A stretch of 64,000 nt of DNA. Origin: Patescibacteria group bacterium. Its GTDB lineage: Bacteria > Patescibacteriota > Minisyncoccia > Phycocordibacterales > UBA9973. Of the stretch, positions 1 through 10,275 are shown piece by piece. The first letter of the stretch is position 1. Every line of letters begins with the position of its first letter. The DNA is taken from contig JBBTUY010000001.1 in assembly GCA_038063515.1 (NCBI GenBank), positions 10,972 to 74,971 on the forward strand. The letters run 5' to 3'. The notes below the pieces were generated by a model. The model was given only the letters and a program-made list of their open reading frames with translations. It ran no database searches and had not been told where the DNA came from. The position numbers and the translations under genes were made by a program.

Positions 1-675
1 GATGGAGTAGTCATATACAACGAAGAAGACGAACATGTAAAAGAAATAGTAGAAGAGTATACAGGCAATAAAATTAGTTATGGCTCATACATAGAAGAAC
101 TACCAAAACTCTCAGTTCCTGGGATCCATAATAGGAAAAATGCCGCTTGTGCACTTGCTTTGGCGGATGCACTTAGTTTAAACAAAGAAGATGCAAAGAA
201 TTCACTTCAGAACTTCTTAGGCACTTGGAGACGACTTGATAGAAAAGGGGAAACTAAAGAAGGGACTATTGTTTATGATGATTACGCTCATCACCCAACA
301 GAGATACAGGCAAGTATACAGGGTTTACGTGAATTGTACCCAGTAGGTACTAAGAAAATTACCATAATCTTCCAGCCGCATTTGTATAGCCGTACTAAGG
401 CTCTCTTTGATGACTTTGTGAAAAGCTTTAAGGGTGCTGACCAGATACTACTTTTACCCATATATTTTGCTAGAGAGCAGAACGATCCGACTGTGTCTAG
501 TGAGAAATTAGCTATGGCTATGTGCATGGAGGGGGAGAATGTGCAGGCTTTTCCCGACTTTGCTTCTGCAGAAGCTGCTGTTTCGGCATTAAACTTAGGA
601 TCAAGTGACGTACTTGTCACCATGGGAGCAGGGGAAGCTTACAAAATTGGGGATAAGTTGCTAGTTAAAGTTTAA
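1..675 (+). CDS. murC: UDP-N-acetylmuramate--L-alanine ligase (MurC), C-terminal part; 5' end lies outside the window
   Basis: Frame 1 is open from position 1; translation carries the Mur-ligase C-terminal domain with a DDYAHHPTEI motif typical of MurC. Confidence 0.65.
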   Translation, partial: DGVVIYNEEDEHVKEIVEEYTGNKISYGSYIEELPKLSVPGIHNRKNAACALALADALSLNKEDAKNSLQNFLGTWRRLDRKGETKEGTIVYDDYAHHPTEIQASIQGLRELYPVGTKKITIIFQPHLYSRTKALFDDFVKSFKGADQILLLPIYFAREQNDPTVSSEKLAMAMCMEGENVQAFPDFASAEAAVSALNLGSSDVLVTMGAGEAYKIGDKLLVKV

Positions 676-687
676 AAACCCACAAAA

Positions 688-717
688 TACCGAAATTTTT
701 CCGGTACGAATTTTTTT
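688..717 (+). terminator. Hairpin TACCG...CGGTA followed by a T7 run, downstream of murC
   Basis: 5-bp stem read directly, with a T-rich tail 4 nt downstream. Confidence 0.35.
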
Positions 718-925
718 AAGCTTAAAAAATTCTGAAATTCTCAGCCCGTCGGCCTCGAAACCCCTCCAAAATTTGTATTTTATGTGTTTTTAAACTTTAA
801 CCTGCTGTCGAGACTCAATACATCATCCAATCTTCATACTCTTTTGTCAAGGAGTTATGCCTAAAATACCCTTATAAAATAAGGATATTTTGCATTTGAC
901 ATATGAGAAAAACATGGTCTAACTA

Positions 926-954
926 TTGACTTTTTATTCAAAACATGCTAGTAT
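926..954 (+). promoter_or_regulatory. Candidate sigma70 promoter TTGACT-17-TAGTAT
   Basis: -35 TTGACT (926-931), 17-nt spacer, -10 TAGTAT (949-954), upstream of the 1059 CDS. Confidence 0.35.
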
Positions 955-1058
955 ATTAGTAAGTCCTTATCGTATAGGCGTAAAGCTTATTGAATAAGGA
1001 TTTTTCAGTTATAGCTTGTAAAAGAGCTTTGAGTTTGGCGGGGCAAAACCGCTACAAT

Positions 1059-1709
1059 ATGCAAAAGAAAAACTTAATACGCTTCATGGATTCTTTCGTT
1101 TTATTACCTCTCCTTACAATGTCTATGCCATTTAATGGCTTTATAAACAACATTGTAAAGACTGATATAAACAGTTATCCTCAAGTCGTATTAGCAAAAA
1201 AACAAAATACGGAGAAAGATGCTCTTGTAGCCTCCAATCAGGCTAAAGAAGCAGCTATCCAAATAAATGACCTTAAGGCGAAAGCCATAGATGCTTATTT
1301 TGAGGATCGTAATATGCCCTTAAAAGGAGTAGGTAAAAAGATGGTTGAGGAGGCAGAGAAAAATGACCTCGATTATCGTCTTCTACCAGCTATTGCAGTG
1401 CGTGAATCCACAGGGGGTAGACACGCTTGTATTATGGTACCAAACAACCCTTTTGGTTGGGGTTCTTGTAAGATAGGCTTTTCTTCAAACGATAAAGCTA
1501 TCGAAACAGTGGCCCGTAACCTAGGAGGTAACAATCCAAATACTGATCACCATTACGCTAATAAGACTACAAAGGAGATACTTCAGAAATACAATCCTCC
1601 TTCTATTGTGCCAAAGTATGCAGAGCAAGTGATGGGCATTATGGATGTTATTGGAGCTGCAGAAATTACATTAAATACTAACGTCGTTGCTATTAACGAT
1701 TCAAAATAA
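1059..1709 (+). CDS. Hypothetical secreted protein, possible glucosaminidase-like fold
   Basis: Open frame from 990 (TTG); first ATG at 1059 (MQKKNLIRF...) with a hydrophobic N-terminus. No confident family assignment. Confidence 0.45.
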   Translation: MQKKNLIRFMDSFVLLPLLTMSMPFNGFINNIVKTDINSYPQVVLAKKQNTEKDALVASNQAKEAAIQINDLKAKAIDAYFEDRNMPLKGVGKKMVEEAEKNDLDYRLLPAIAVRESTGGRHACIMVPNNPFGWGSCKIGFSSNDKAIETVARNLGGNNPNTDHHYANKTTKEILQKYNPPSIVPKYAEQVMGIMDVIGAAEITLNTNVVAINDSK

Positions 1710-1718
1710 TAAACAATA

Positions 1719-1746
1719 AAAAAACCCGCATATGCGGGTTTTTTTA
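1719..1746. terminator. Bidirectional rho-independent terminator (CCCGCATATGCGGG flanked by A and T runs)
   Basis: Perfect GC-rich palindromic stem with A7 upstream and T8 downstream, between convergent genes. Confidence 0.8.
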
Positions 1747-1763
1747 TTGTTTATTTCTATTAC

Positions 1764-2873
1764 CTATTCTAGGTGCACCAAAGTCATCTTTTGATCTTTT
1801 GGTTCAAAGAGAGTTATTTGGAAATTGTAGTTTTTTCCAAGCTCTAATTTTTCACGTAGTTTGGTTTCAGAAGTAAATGTAGAGTTGTGAACAAGACCAG
1901 CTACTCCTTCTTTTATGGATATGAGTGCGCCGTGTTTGTTGTATTTTATAACAACACCCTTAATGATGTCTCCTTTCTTTAGTTTACCTTCAAACTCCTT
2001 CCAAGGGTTTTCTTTTAGAGCCTTTGTAGATAGGGATATTTTACCATCTTTGATCTCTATTACTTTAGCTTGAACCTTATCACCAACTTTAAACATAGTA
2101 CGTGGATCGTCTACAAGACCCCAATCAAGCTCTGATATGTGTACAAGTCCTTCAAGTCCGTCTTCGAGTTTTAAGAACACACCGAAATCAACAATACCAG
2201 CTACAGCACAATCTACAGTATCTCCGATAGTGTACTTGCTTAGGATTTCTTTCTTTTCTTCTGGGTTGTTGTCTTTCTCAGAGAATATCAATTTACCTTC
2301 TTTAGGAAGTGTAGATATTATCATTACTCCGATACTCTGACCTACTAATTTCTTTAATTCCTTTAAGATCTTATCTTTGTCAGAATCAAGTACTCGAGGA
2401 TAGTGTTCGCTCTTTAACTGAGAAGCAGGTAAGAAACCTTGTATGCCTTGCCATTCTAGGATAAGTCCTCCTTTGTTTGCGTCTTTTATCTCTAGGTTTA
2501 GTACAGTTTTAGACTTTATAGCCTTTTCTGCTTCATTCCAGATTACTGCTTGTCGTGCTTCTTTTAGTGAGAGCTCTGTGTAGCCATCTTCGTTTTCTGT
2601 TTCTACGACTTTTGCTTTAATTACATCACCTAGGTTTATCTTCTTTATTATGTCTTTAGCATTTATGAACTCACGACCGTATATGATACCAGTACCAAAA
2701 GGTGAAAGGTCAACGAATACTGATGACTTTTTGACTAAAATCACAGGACCTTCTACGAGTGTGTCCACCTGAGGCTTGTTTATACTTTTCGCTACAATAG
2801 ACTTTAAAACAGGGTTTTCATCCTGATCTTCGTTGTTTATTTGAGCTACTACTTCTTTTTTAATATTACTCAT
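1764..2873 (-). CDS. rpsA: 30S ribosomal protein S1 (multi S1-domain, short form)
   Basis: Four repeated S1 OB-fold signatures (e.g. GDVIKAKV..., FKVGDKVQAKVIEI...). Confidence 0.8.
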   Translation of the reverse strand: MSNIKKEVVAQINNEDQDENPVLKSIVAKSINKPQVDTLVEGPVILVKKSSVFVDLSPFGTGIIYGREFINAKDIIKKINLGDVIKAKVVETENEDGYTELSLKEARQAVIWNEAEKAIKSKTVLNLEIKDANKGGLILEWQGIQGFLPASQLKSEHYPRVLDSDKDKILKELKKLVGQSIGVMIISTLPKEGKLIFSEKDNNPEEKKEILSKYTIGDTVDCAVAGIVDFGVFLKLEDGLEGLVHISELDWGLVDDPRTMFKVGDKVQAKVIEIKDGKISLSTKALKENPWKEFEGKLKKGDIIKGVVIKYNKHGALISIKEGVAGLVHNSTFTSETKLREKLELGKNYNFQITLFEPKDQKMTLVHLE

Positions 2874-2988
2874 TATTTTATATATAAATTAAAACATCCG
2901 CATGAAAGCGGATATAAGGCTAGGTTCTCTTTCTGCTTAATGCTTGAGAGGGTTATCCTAAATCCATACTTTTAATAAAAATACTTAC

Positions 2989-3017
2989 TTTTAGTTTAGC
3001 AAAAAATATGCTATAAT
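2989..3017 (+). promoter_or_regulatory. -10 box TATAAT (3012-3017) placed 7 nt before ATG 3025; candidate leaderless promoter
   Basis: Consensus TATAAT read directly. Weak -35; spacing implies TSS at or next to the start codon. Confidence 0.3.
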
Positions 3018-3024
3018 GCAAATA

Positions 3025-3651
3025 ATGATAATCACATATTTCGGCAAACAATTTTTTAAAATTACCCAAGGAGAGATGGTCTTAGCCTTCAATCCAGTGA
3101 GCAAGGATTCCAAACTAGACATTTCTACTAAGTTTGGGGCAGATATAGCCCTCGTTACCACAAACCATCCTTTTTACAATGGCATAGAGCAAGTCTCTCA
3201 TGGGGACAGGACACCCTTTACCATCACTGGTCCTGGGGATTATGAGATTAAAGACATATTTATTAAAGGTGTGTTATCTGACGCATCTATCGGTGGTAAA
3301 AAGTATATAAACACTATCTATGCATTTTCTGTCGACAATGTAAAAATAGTCTTTTTAGGTGCATTAGGAGATGGAGGTTTATTAAAAGAGTCACTTGAAA
3401 TGATAAATAATCCTGACATACTTTTTATTCCCGTCGGAGGGGGTGACGTACTAGATGCAAAGTCTGCTGCCAAGCTAGCATCTTCACTCGAACCAAAAAT
3501 GATAATTCCAATGGATTATGACGCAGTCTCCCTTAAAGCATTTTTGAAAGAGACAGCAGAGGAAAAGGCAGAAGTCGTAGAAAAATTAACTTTGAAATTA
3601 AAAGACTTAGATGGCAAGGAGGGTGAAGTACTAGTTTTGAAAGCTATATGA
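3025..3651 (+). CDS. MBL-fold metallo-hydrolase (UPF0173-like)
   Basis: N-terminus MIITYFGKQFF resembles the MKITYLGHSSF start of the family; beta-lactamase-fold motifs are present. Confidence 0.55.
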   Translation: MIITYFGKQFFKITQGEMVLAFNPVSKDSKLDISTKFGADIALVTTNHPFYNGIEQVSHGDRTPFTITGPGDYEIKDIFIKGVLSDASIGGKKYINTIYAFSVDNVKIVFLGALGDGGLLKESLEMINNPDILFIPVGGGDVLDAKSAAKLASSLEPKMIIPMDYDAVSLKAFLKETAEEKAEVVEKLTLKLKDLDGKEGEVLVLKAI

Positions 3652-3860
3652 GGAAATTTATCCATAACATAAGAAGACAATCAGACGAAACTAAGAGACA
3701 CATCTTGCACGGCCTCACTCTGTTTTGTGCTTGTTTACTTTTCGTACTTTGGGTATATTCTTTAAGTGGGGGTTTGATTAATGAAGCTTCAGAAGCAGAG
3801 ATTCAAAATGAAGCGAACCCCCTTTCTGTATTAAAAGATAATATTACACCGTTATGGTAA
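3648..3860 (+). CDS. Small membrane protein, hypothetical
   Basis: ATGA overlap with the upstream gene; one TM helix. Confidence 0.3.
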   Translation: MRKFIHNIRRQSDETKRHILHGLTLFCACLLFVLWVYSLSGGLINEASEAEIQNEANPLSVLKDNITPLW

Positions 3861-6313
3861 AGAAGATTGAAGAATTAGAAAAAGAACCTCCAAAAGACGA
3901 AATCCTACAAGTTGACGTAGTTAAGGAGATGAAAGAGTCATACCTTGCGTATGCTATGTCTGTTATTACGTCACGTGCATTGCCTGACGTTAGAGACGGA
4001 CTCAAGCCTGTGCACAGGAGAATTCTCTTTGCTATGAATGAAATGGGGCTCACTGCTAGTGCACGTTTTCGTAAGTCTGCTGCAGTAGTCGGAGATGTGC
4101 TTGGAAAATACCATCCACACGGAGATGTGGCTGTGTACGACTCTATGGTGGGTATGGCACAAGAGTTTTCATACAGGTATCCTTTCATATTAGGCCAAGG
4201 TAACTTTGGTTCTATAGATGGAGACAATGCAGCTGCTATGCGTTATACCGAGGCTAAAATGTCTAAAATTTCTTCAGAGCTTATGAGGGATTTAGAAAAG
4301 GAGACAGTAGACTATCGTCCTAACTACGATCAGACTCGCAAAGAGCCAATAGTTTTTCCTTCATCTGTACCGGCACTTCTTTTAAACGGGACTCTCGGTA
4401 TTGCTGTTGGTATGGCGACAAATATCCCTTCGCACAATTTAGGCGAGGTTCTTGATGCAACAAGCCATCTGATTGAAAACGAAGATGCTACTACAGAAGA
4501 TTTAATGCAATTTGTAAAAGGACCTGATTTCCCTACAGGGGGCATAGCATACGGATACAAAGACATGCTTCACGCATACTCTGGTGGACGTGGTGGAGTG
4601 GTCACTAGAGGTGAAGCAGAAATAGTAGAACAAAAAGACGGTAATTTTTCTATAATTATTACTTCTATTCCTTTTAGAGTAAACAAAGCAAATCTAATCA
4701 TGGCTATTGCAGAATTAGTCCAAGAGAAAAAGCTTGAGGGTATAAAAGGCCTTCGTGATGAGTCTACGAGAGACATTCGTGTCGTTATAGATCTAAAGCC
4801 TAGCGCCCATCCAGAAAAAGTTTTAAATTATATTTACAAAAACACTCAGCTCGAGTCAAATTTCAATTTTAACATGGTAGCACTTGTGGACGGTGTGCCT
4901 CAGACTCTGTCTCTTAAGTCTATACTCGAGCAATTTATTTTACATAGAAAAGAAGTAGTACGAAGACGAAGTGAATACGATCTTAAAAAAGCACAAGAAC
5001 GTGAACACATTTTGCTTGGTTTGAAAAAAGCACTCGACAAGATTGATCGTGTTATCACCATCATTCGTGGCTCTAAGAATTCTCAAATTGCAAAACTAAA
5101 CTTAATGAAAGAATTTAAGTTTTCAGATTTACAGGCTACTGCCATACTTGAGATGAAGCTTTCAAAGCTCGCTGGTCTTGAGAGAAAGGCAGTGGAAGAT
5201 GAATTGAAAGAAAAACAAAATTTCATAGCAGAAATGAAAGATCTTCTTGCAAGTCCAAAAAAGATTTTGAAACTTATCGCAACAGAATTAAAAGAAATTC
5301 GTGAAAAATACGCAGACGAAAGAAGAACAAAGATCATCAAAGGGGGAGTAAAAGAAATCTCTGATGAAGATCTCGTGCCAGAAAAGGAGACTATGCTTGT
5401 GCTTACTGCCGGAGGATATGTAAAGTGTACAGATCCTAAAGAATACAAGTCACAAAAGCGTGGCGGTGTCGGCGTGATCGATCTTGAAACTAAAGAAGAA
5501 GACTTTGTTACAATGCTTGTCTCTGGTTCTACACATAGCAACATGCTTTTCTTCACAAACCTTGGTAAAGCATATCAAATGAAAATGTATGACATACCTG
5601 AGGGTCATCGTGCTACAAAAGGTAAGTCCATCATGAATTTCCTCTCACTTTCCGGTGATGAAAAGGTAAGCTCAATACTCGCCATGCCTAAAGATTTAAA
5701 TAAATCTTCTGCTTCACTTCTGCTTGTGACAAAAGACGGCACAGCAAAGAAAATGGCAAGTTCAAGCTTCCATGATGTGAGGAGGAGCGGAATCATAGCT
5801 ATTCGTCTCGACAAAGGCGACGAGCTCGTGGCCGCACTGAGTGTGGACAAAGGTGATGAGGTAATGATTGCAACAGGCGACGGACAAGCAATAAGATTTA
5901 AAGAGTCTGATGTGCGTGAAATGGGTAGAACTGCAGGAGGAGTTACCGGTATGAAATTAAAGAAAGGGGATATTGTCATAGGTGTGGATGTTATTAAAAA
6001 GGAACACAAAGATGGAACATTCCTCACCATGAGTGCAAATGGTTTTGGTAAAAAGACCAATCTTAAAGAATACAAAGTTCAGAAACGTGGTGGCTCTGGT
6101 ATAAAGACTGCAAAGGTTACAGGAAAGACAGGTAAGCTCATTGTCGCAAAAGTTCTAGCAGGGGAGGAAGAAGAGCTCGTAGCTATGTCTAAAAAAGGTC
6201 AGGTCATACGTACAGCACTCAAAGATATCTCAGCACTTGGTCGTCAGACACAAGGTGTCACGATAATGCGCCTACGCGCAGGTGACGGCATTGCATCACT
6301 TGCGTGCATATAA
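3854..6313 (+). CDS. gyrA: DNA gyrase subunit A
   Basis: [18 protein letters not shown] motif containing the active-site Tyr region; 819 aa with C-terminal beta-pinwheel repeats. Confidence 0.95.
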   Translation: MVKKIEELEKEPPKDEILQVDVVKEMKESYLAYAMSVITSRALPDVRDGLKPVHRRILFAMNEMGLTASARFRKSAAVVGDVLGKYHPHGDVAVYDSMVGMAQEFSYRYPFILGQGNFGSIDGDNAAAMRYTEAKMSKISSELMRDLEKETVDYRPNYDQTRKEPIVFPSSVPALLLNGTLGIAVGMATNIPSHNLGEVLDATSHLIENEDATTEDLMQFVKGPDFPTGGIAYGYKDMLHAYSGGRGGVVTRGEAEIVEQKDGNFSIIITSIPFRVNKANLIMAIAELVQEKKLEGIKGLRDESTRDIRVVIDLKPSAHPEKVLNYIYKNTQLESNFNFNMVALVDGVPQTLSLKSILEQFILHRKEVVRRRSEYDLKKAQEREHILLGLKKALDKIDRVITIIRGSKNSQIAKLNLMKEFKFSDLQATAILEMKLSKLAGLERKAVEDELKEKQNFIAEMKDLLASPKKILKLIATELKEIREKYADERRTKIIKGGVKEISDEDLVPEKETMLVLTAGGYVKCTDPKEYKSQKRGGVGVIDLETKEEDFVTMLVSGSTHSNMLFFTNLGKAYQMKMYDIPEGHRATKGKSIMNFLSLSGDEKVSSILAMPKDLNKSSASLLLVTKDGTAKKMASSSFHDVRRSGIIAIRLDKGDELVAALSVDKGDEVMIATGDGQAIRFKESDVREMGRTAGGVTGMKLKKGDIVIGVDVIKKEHKDGTFLTMSANGFGKKTNLKEYKVQKRGGSGIKTAKVTGKTGKLIVAKVLAGEEEELVAMSKKGQVIRTALKDISALGRQTQGVTIMRLRAGDGIASLACI

Positions 6314-6328
6314 TATAATGTCTAAAAG

Positions 6329-6904
6329 ATGACAAACACAAAAATACAAATAGCCTTCAGAGATTTTAATGTAACATATTTTAAACCGGATAATAAAGAA
6401 ATTGTAATTTTTTCGTTAGGTAATTGTGAGATTGGAATACCCATTGTACGTATTCACTCTTCTTGCTTGTTTGGGGAAGCTTTTAATTCACAAGATTGTG
6501 ATTGCGCACAACAACTCAATGCTACTATTAAAAGAATTGTTCAAAATGGTGCAGGTATCATAGTTTATGTTTTTGAAGAAGGTAGAGGGATAGGGCTAGA
6601 AAATAAAATAAAAGCAATAGAAATTGAACGTACAGAAGAGGTAGACACAGTAGAGGCTTTTAGAAAATTAGGCTTTGAACCAGACCCGCGAGATTTGGAT
6701 ATTCCAGCTAAAATACTTTCAGATTTAAACACAAGTAAAACTATTGGATTATTTTCTGGAAATCCAAAAAAGAAACAATCATTAGAAAAGTTCGGATTTA
6801 AAATTGTTGAAGAATATGAAACTAGTGAACCTTTATTATCAGTAGTAGCAAAAAAGGAAAAAGAAACTAAACGTACAAAACTCGGATATAGTTACAAAAA
6901 ATAA
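6329..6904 (+). CDS. ribA: GTP cyclohydrolase II-like (RibA family)
   Basis: RIHSSCLFGEAF...CDCAQQL...EGRGIGLENKI closely matches the RibA zinc and catalytic motifs. Confidence 0.7.
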   Translation: MTNTKIQIAFRDFNVTYFKPDNKEIVIFSLGNCEIGIPIVRIHSSCLFGEAFNSQDCDCAQQLNATIKRIVQNGAGIIVYVFEEGRGIGLENKIKAIEIERTEEVDTVEAFRKLGFEPDPRDLDIPAKILSDLNTSKTIGLFSGNPKKKQSLEKFGFKIVEEYETSEPLLSVVAKKEKETKRTKLGYSYKK

Positions 6905-7230
6905 TGTTTAAAATCATAAAAATTTTCTTAAACACAATACCTATAATTTTTATGGTTTTTCTGATACCCATTGTGGAGGATGATTATTTGCTCACTGGTA
7001 TCTATATAGCAATAATCATCGCTCTTTTTTCATTTAAAAAAGAACGAAAAGAAATACTCATCTTTACTCTCGGATTTTTCTCTATGATATTTTTTGAGTA
7101 TATCTTTATAAGTACTGGAGTAGAAACTTTTTTAAGAAATAGTTTATTCGGCATAATGCCACTCTGGCTTCCATTTCTCTGGGGTTATGGTTTTGTAGTT
7201 ATTAAGCGCTCTACCTACCTATTAAATTAA
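6904..7230 (+). CDS. Small polytopic membrane protein, hypothetical
   Basis: Three hydrophobic segments; start overlaps the ribA stop. Confidence 0.3.
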   Translation: MFKIIKIFLNTIPIIFMVFLIPIVEDDYLLTGIYIAIIIALFSFKKERKEILIFTLGFFSMIFFEYIFISTGVETFLRNSLFGIMPLWLPFLWGYGFVVIKRSTYLLN

Positions 7231-7235
7231 CTCTG

Positions 7236-7256
7236 TGTCAAAGACCGTCTTTGACA
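7236..7256. repeat. Terminal hairpin TGTCAAAGAC-C-GTCTTTGACA
   Basis: Perfect 10-bp stem read directly; overlaps the transposase stop codon. Confidence 0.8.
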
Positions 7257-7873
7257 GTACCTTCCTTGCATAATTCTAGTGTTTCTTGCTCAAAATCTTT
7301 TTCGTCAAATGTGGACATTATGAGATCTTTAGATAGTATTGTTAGATTTCTTTTGTTTATGAAATCTATGTAACTACTCCATGGATATTCTCTGGGGTGT
7401 TGCGTCATTTTAGCTTTGACAGGATTCATATGCATATATGCTGATATCCACATTAACTGAGGATTATTTTGTATTAGTACAGCTTTGAATTTATCTTGAA
7501 AAACATGCCCAACTCTTTTGTATTTTTTGTTTATGTATTTAGAATAACTTGTACAGAGTTTTGAAATTAATTTTGAAATTGGAACATCTTTAGTTTGTTC
7601 TATGAGTAAATGAAAATGATTCGGCATCAAACAGAAAGCGTGGAGCTTAAAGTCACCCTTAACAGTTCCAGTAATTCTAATTCTTGAGTAGGGCATAGAA
7701 GTTAGCTTCTCTTTATTTAGTTCTTCTTCGGTAAATCCTAAGCATAGTCCGAGTCTAAAAAGAAAAGCTGTGTGATCTTGATTGTCAAAAAATATTTTTT
7801 CTTTGTTGTTACCACGATTGTAGATATGTAAAATATTGCCAGAGGCAAAATTTTTATAGTCTCTATTGTTCAT
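7238..7873 (-). CDS. tnpA: IS200-like / REP-associated tyrosine (Y1 HUH) transposase
   Basis: LHIYNRGNNKEKIFFDNQDHTAFL and CLMPNHFHLLIE (HuH) motifs of the Transposase_17 family. Confidence 0.75.
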   Translation of the reverse strand: MNNRDYKNFASGNILHIYNRGNNKEKIFFDNQDHTAFLFRLGLCLGFTEEELNKEKLTSMPYSRIRITGTVKGDFKLHAFCLMPNHFHLLIEQTKDVPISKLISKLCTSYSKYINKKYKRVGHVFQDKFKAVLIQNNPQLMWISAYMHMNPVKAKMTQHPREYPWSSYIDFINKRNLTILSKDLIMSTFDEKDFEQETLELCKEGTVKDGL

Positions 7874-7883
7874 AATTATATTA

Positions 7884-7904
7884 TGTCAAAGACGGTCTTT
7901 GACA
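7884..7904. repeat. Terminal hairpin TGTCAAAGAC-G-GTCTTTGACA (reverse complement of 7236-7256)
   Basis: Perfect 10-bp stem, 10 nt upstream of the transposase start. Confidence 0.8.
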
Positions 7905-7966
7905 ACAAGTGTATAACTTAGATTTTGTCTAATGCATACAATATTTTTTTGAGTTATAATTAAATA

Positions 7967-8497
7967 ATGTTCTCTGATCCGGTAAAAAATTTAAAATTGT
8001 TTGGACTAAGAGAAGATAGTATTGTTGCAGACTTGGGAGCTGGGACAGGATTTTATTCTGTGGCTGCGGGGGGCATGGTTCCAAAAGGGAAAGTTTATGC
8101 TATTGAAATAGTAAAAGACTTTTTAACAACAATCAAAAACAAAGTAAAAGACGCACATTTAGACAATGTAGACATCATCTGGGGCAATGTAGAGGACAAA
8201 CACGGCACACATTTGGCTGACAGCATAGTGGACGCAGTTATTGCTTCTAATATTTTCTTCCAAGTAGAAGACAAAAATCAATTTATCGAAGAAATAAAAA
8301 GAATATTAAAACCTTCTGGGAAAATACTTATCATTGACTGGCTTCCCGAAGATTCAAAAGATGCTTTACCTATCAAATTCAAAGGCTCTATGTCTAAAGA
8401 AAGGGCACGGGAGATGTTTGAGAAAAAAGGTCTTTTGTTTGATCGTGACATAGACGCAGGTGTGCATCATTATGGTATGATATTAAAAAAGCAATGA
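7967..8497 (+). CDS. Class I SAM-dependent methyltransferase
   Basis: VADLGAGTGFYS glycine-rich SAM-binding motif. Confidence 0.6.
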   Translation: MFSDPVKNLKLFGLREDSIVADLGAGTGFYSVAAGGMVPKGKVYAIEIVKDFLTTIKNKVKDAHLDNVDIIWGNVEDKHGTHLADSIVDAVIASNIFFQVEDKNQFIEEIKRILKPSGKILIIDWLPEDSKDALPIKFKGSMSKERAREMFEKKGLLFDRDIDAGVHHYGMILKKQ

Positions 8498-9789
8498 AGG
8501 CAAGCTTCCAAATTATATTTATAGTTTTATTTATAGCATCTGCCATATTTGGTGTCTTAGTTTTTTCTGGAATTATAAAACTAGGTGGTGATGATGCTTC
8601 CTCGACTGGTGGTACGGTAGTGCTTTGGGGTACCATTCGAAGTGAAGTTATGGTCGGAGCCCTCGAAGGTTTTAATAACAATAATCAAAATTTTAATGTA
8701 AAGTATGTACAAAAGTCAGCAGAGACTTTCGACAACGACTTACTCGAAGCCCTCGCATCTGGCAAAGGTCCAGATATGTATTTCTTGCCTGACAACCTTG
8801 CGTATCACTATGCAAACAAAATAGGCATCATACCTTACACGAGCTATTCACTCACTTCCTTTAAGAACAACTTTGCCGGAGCAGGGGAAGTTTTCCTCAC
8901 CCCTACGGGGCTACTCGCCTTTCCTATGACCATAGACCCTCTTGTGATGTATTACAACAGGAGCACTTTTGACTCAAATGGTATTATTTATCCACCAACT
9001 ACTTGGGATGAGATCTCAAATGACATAGTTCCTGTTCTTACAAAAAAGAATGAATTAAATAAAATAACAAAAAGTGCAGTGGCACTCGGGCATTTCTCAA
9101 ACGTAAATCATTCAAAAGACATCCTAGCAACTCTTTTCATGCAGGCAAAGAATCCCATTACGACTTTAAATGGCGGAAGACTTCGATCTTCTTTGAGTGA
9201 TTTAAATCCTAAATACAATTTAGGTTCTGTGCTTAAGTTTTATACTGATTTTGCCGACCCATCTCATCCTACTTATTCTTGGAATAAATCTTTTTCAAAT
9301 TCTCTAAATACATTTAGCTCTGAAGACCTCGCTATTTATTTTGGTTTTGCATCTGAGCTGAAGTCTCTCGTAGATAGGAATCCAAATCAGAATTTCTCTG
9401 TAGCACCAGTTCCTCAGATCAAAGGCGAATCTGTTAAAGTCACGGGTGCGAGAGTCATGGGGCTTGCCATATCTTCATTTTCTAAGAATTTTAATACTGC
9501 ATTTACCGCAGCTAGTCTCATGGCAACAGGGGACTTTGCATCTAAGCTCTCTCTTGCTTTAAGTGTGCCCCCTGCAAGGAGAGATTTGCTTGCCATAAAG
9601 CCTGTGGACTCTTATTCACCAATATTTTACAATTCTGCATTATATGCGAGAAGCTACCTTGATCCTTCTTCAGATCAGACAGATGATATTTTCCGTACTA
9701 TGATTGACGGTGTGCTTTCTAACAACATGACCCCAAACGATGCCATATCAGACGCAAGTTCCAAATTAGATCTTTTACTAGCTAAGTAA
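8494..9789 (+). CDS. Membrane-anchored extracellular protein; possible solute-binding (SBP family 1-like)
   Basis: N-terminal TM helix, then TVVLWGTI... and a periplasmic-binding-like composition. Weak assignment. Confidence 0.35.
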   Translation: MKASFQIIFIVLFIASAIFGVLVFSGIIKLGGDDASSTGGTVVLWGTIRSEVMVGALEGFNNNNQNFNVKYVQKSAETFDNDLLEALASGKGPDMYFLPDNLAYHYANKIGIIPYTSYSLTSFKNNFAGAGEVFLTPTGLLAFPMTIDPLVMYYNRSTFDSNGIIYPPTTWDEISNDIVPVLTKKNELNKITKSAVALGHFSNVNHSKDILATLFMQAKNPITTLNGGRLRSSLSDLNPKYNLGSVLKFYTDFADPSHPTYSWNKSFSNSLNTFSSEDLAIYFGFASELKSLVDRNPNQNFSVAPVPQIKGESVKVTGARVMGLAISSFSKNFNTAFTAASLMATGDFASKLSLALSVPPARRDLLAIKPVDSYSPIFYNSALYARSYLDPSSDQTDDIFRTMIDGVLSNNMTPNDAISDASSKLDLLLAK

Positions 9790-9800
9790 TTTATGTTTAT

Positions 9801-10238
9801 ATGAAAAGCTTAACCAAAATTTTAATTTCTTCTTTAGTTTTTATAATTCTCTTGACCCCTGTCATATCTTTTGCCTTTTTGGATTTAAGACAAGGCTTAG
9901 TGACATGTGGTAGAGGTGTAGCTCCTGGTGTACCCGAAGCATACACCCACCCATGTGGATTTAACGACATGATGGATTTTATAAATAACCTTATTCATTT
10001 TGTATTATTTTTCTTAGCTTTACCTATCGCTGCTATAATGGTTGCATATGCAGGATTTTTACTTGTTACCGCAGGAGAAGAGAGTGGCCATGCACGGCAA
10101 AAAGCAAAGAACATATTTACTCATGCTGTTGTCGGCCTTGTCATAGCCATTGCTTCGTGGCTCATTATTCGCTCAGTACTGTCTATAGTAGGATACGATG
10201 GGGCATGGATAGGTTTACCTAAAACAAATGTATTTTAA
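9801..10238 (+). CDS. T4SS pilin-like protein (TrbC/VirB2-type), paralog 1
   Basis: Signal peptide plus two hydrophobic helices around an AGFLLVTAGEE...KAK motif. Confidence 0.55.
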   Translation: MKSLTKILISSLVFIILLTPVISFAFLDLRQGLVTCGRGVAPGVPEAYTHPCGFNDMMDFINNLIHFVLFFLALPIAAIMVAYAGFLLVTAGEESGHARQKAKNIFTHAVVGLVIAIASWLIIRSVLSIVGYDGAWIGLPKTNVF

Positions 10239-10275
10239 TTTTGCCAAAAATTCAATTTGGCGTTACAATATAAAT

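Larger units (their letters stand above)
7231..7910 (-). mobile_element. IS200/IS605-like (RAYT-type) minimal element: HUH Y1 transposase flanked by perfect hairpins
   Basis: The transposase ORF is bracketed by 21-nt palindromes that are exact reverse complements of each other. Confidence 0.6.

Noticed and set aside
5083-6075. Two minus-strand ORFs (157 and 156 aa)
   Set aside because: Antisense within gyrA; no motifs. The gyrA frame is unambiguous.
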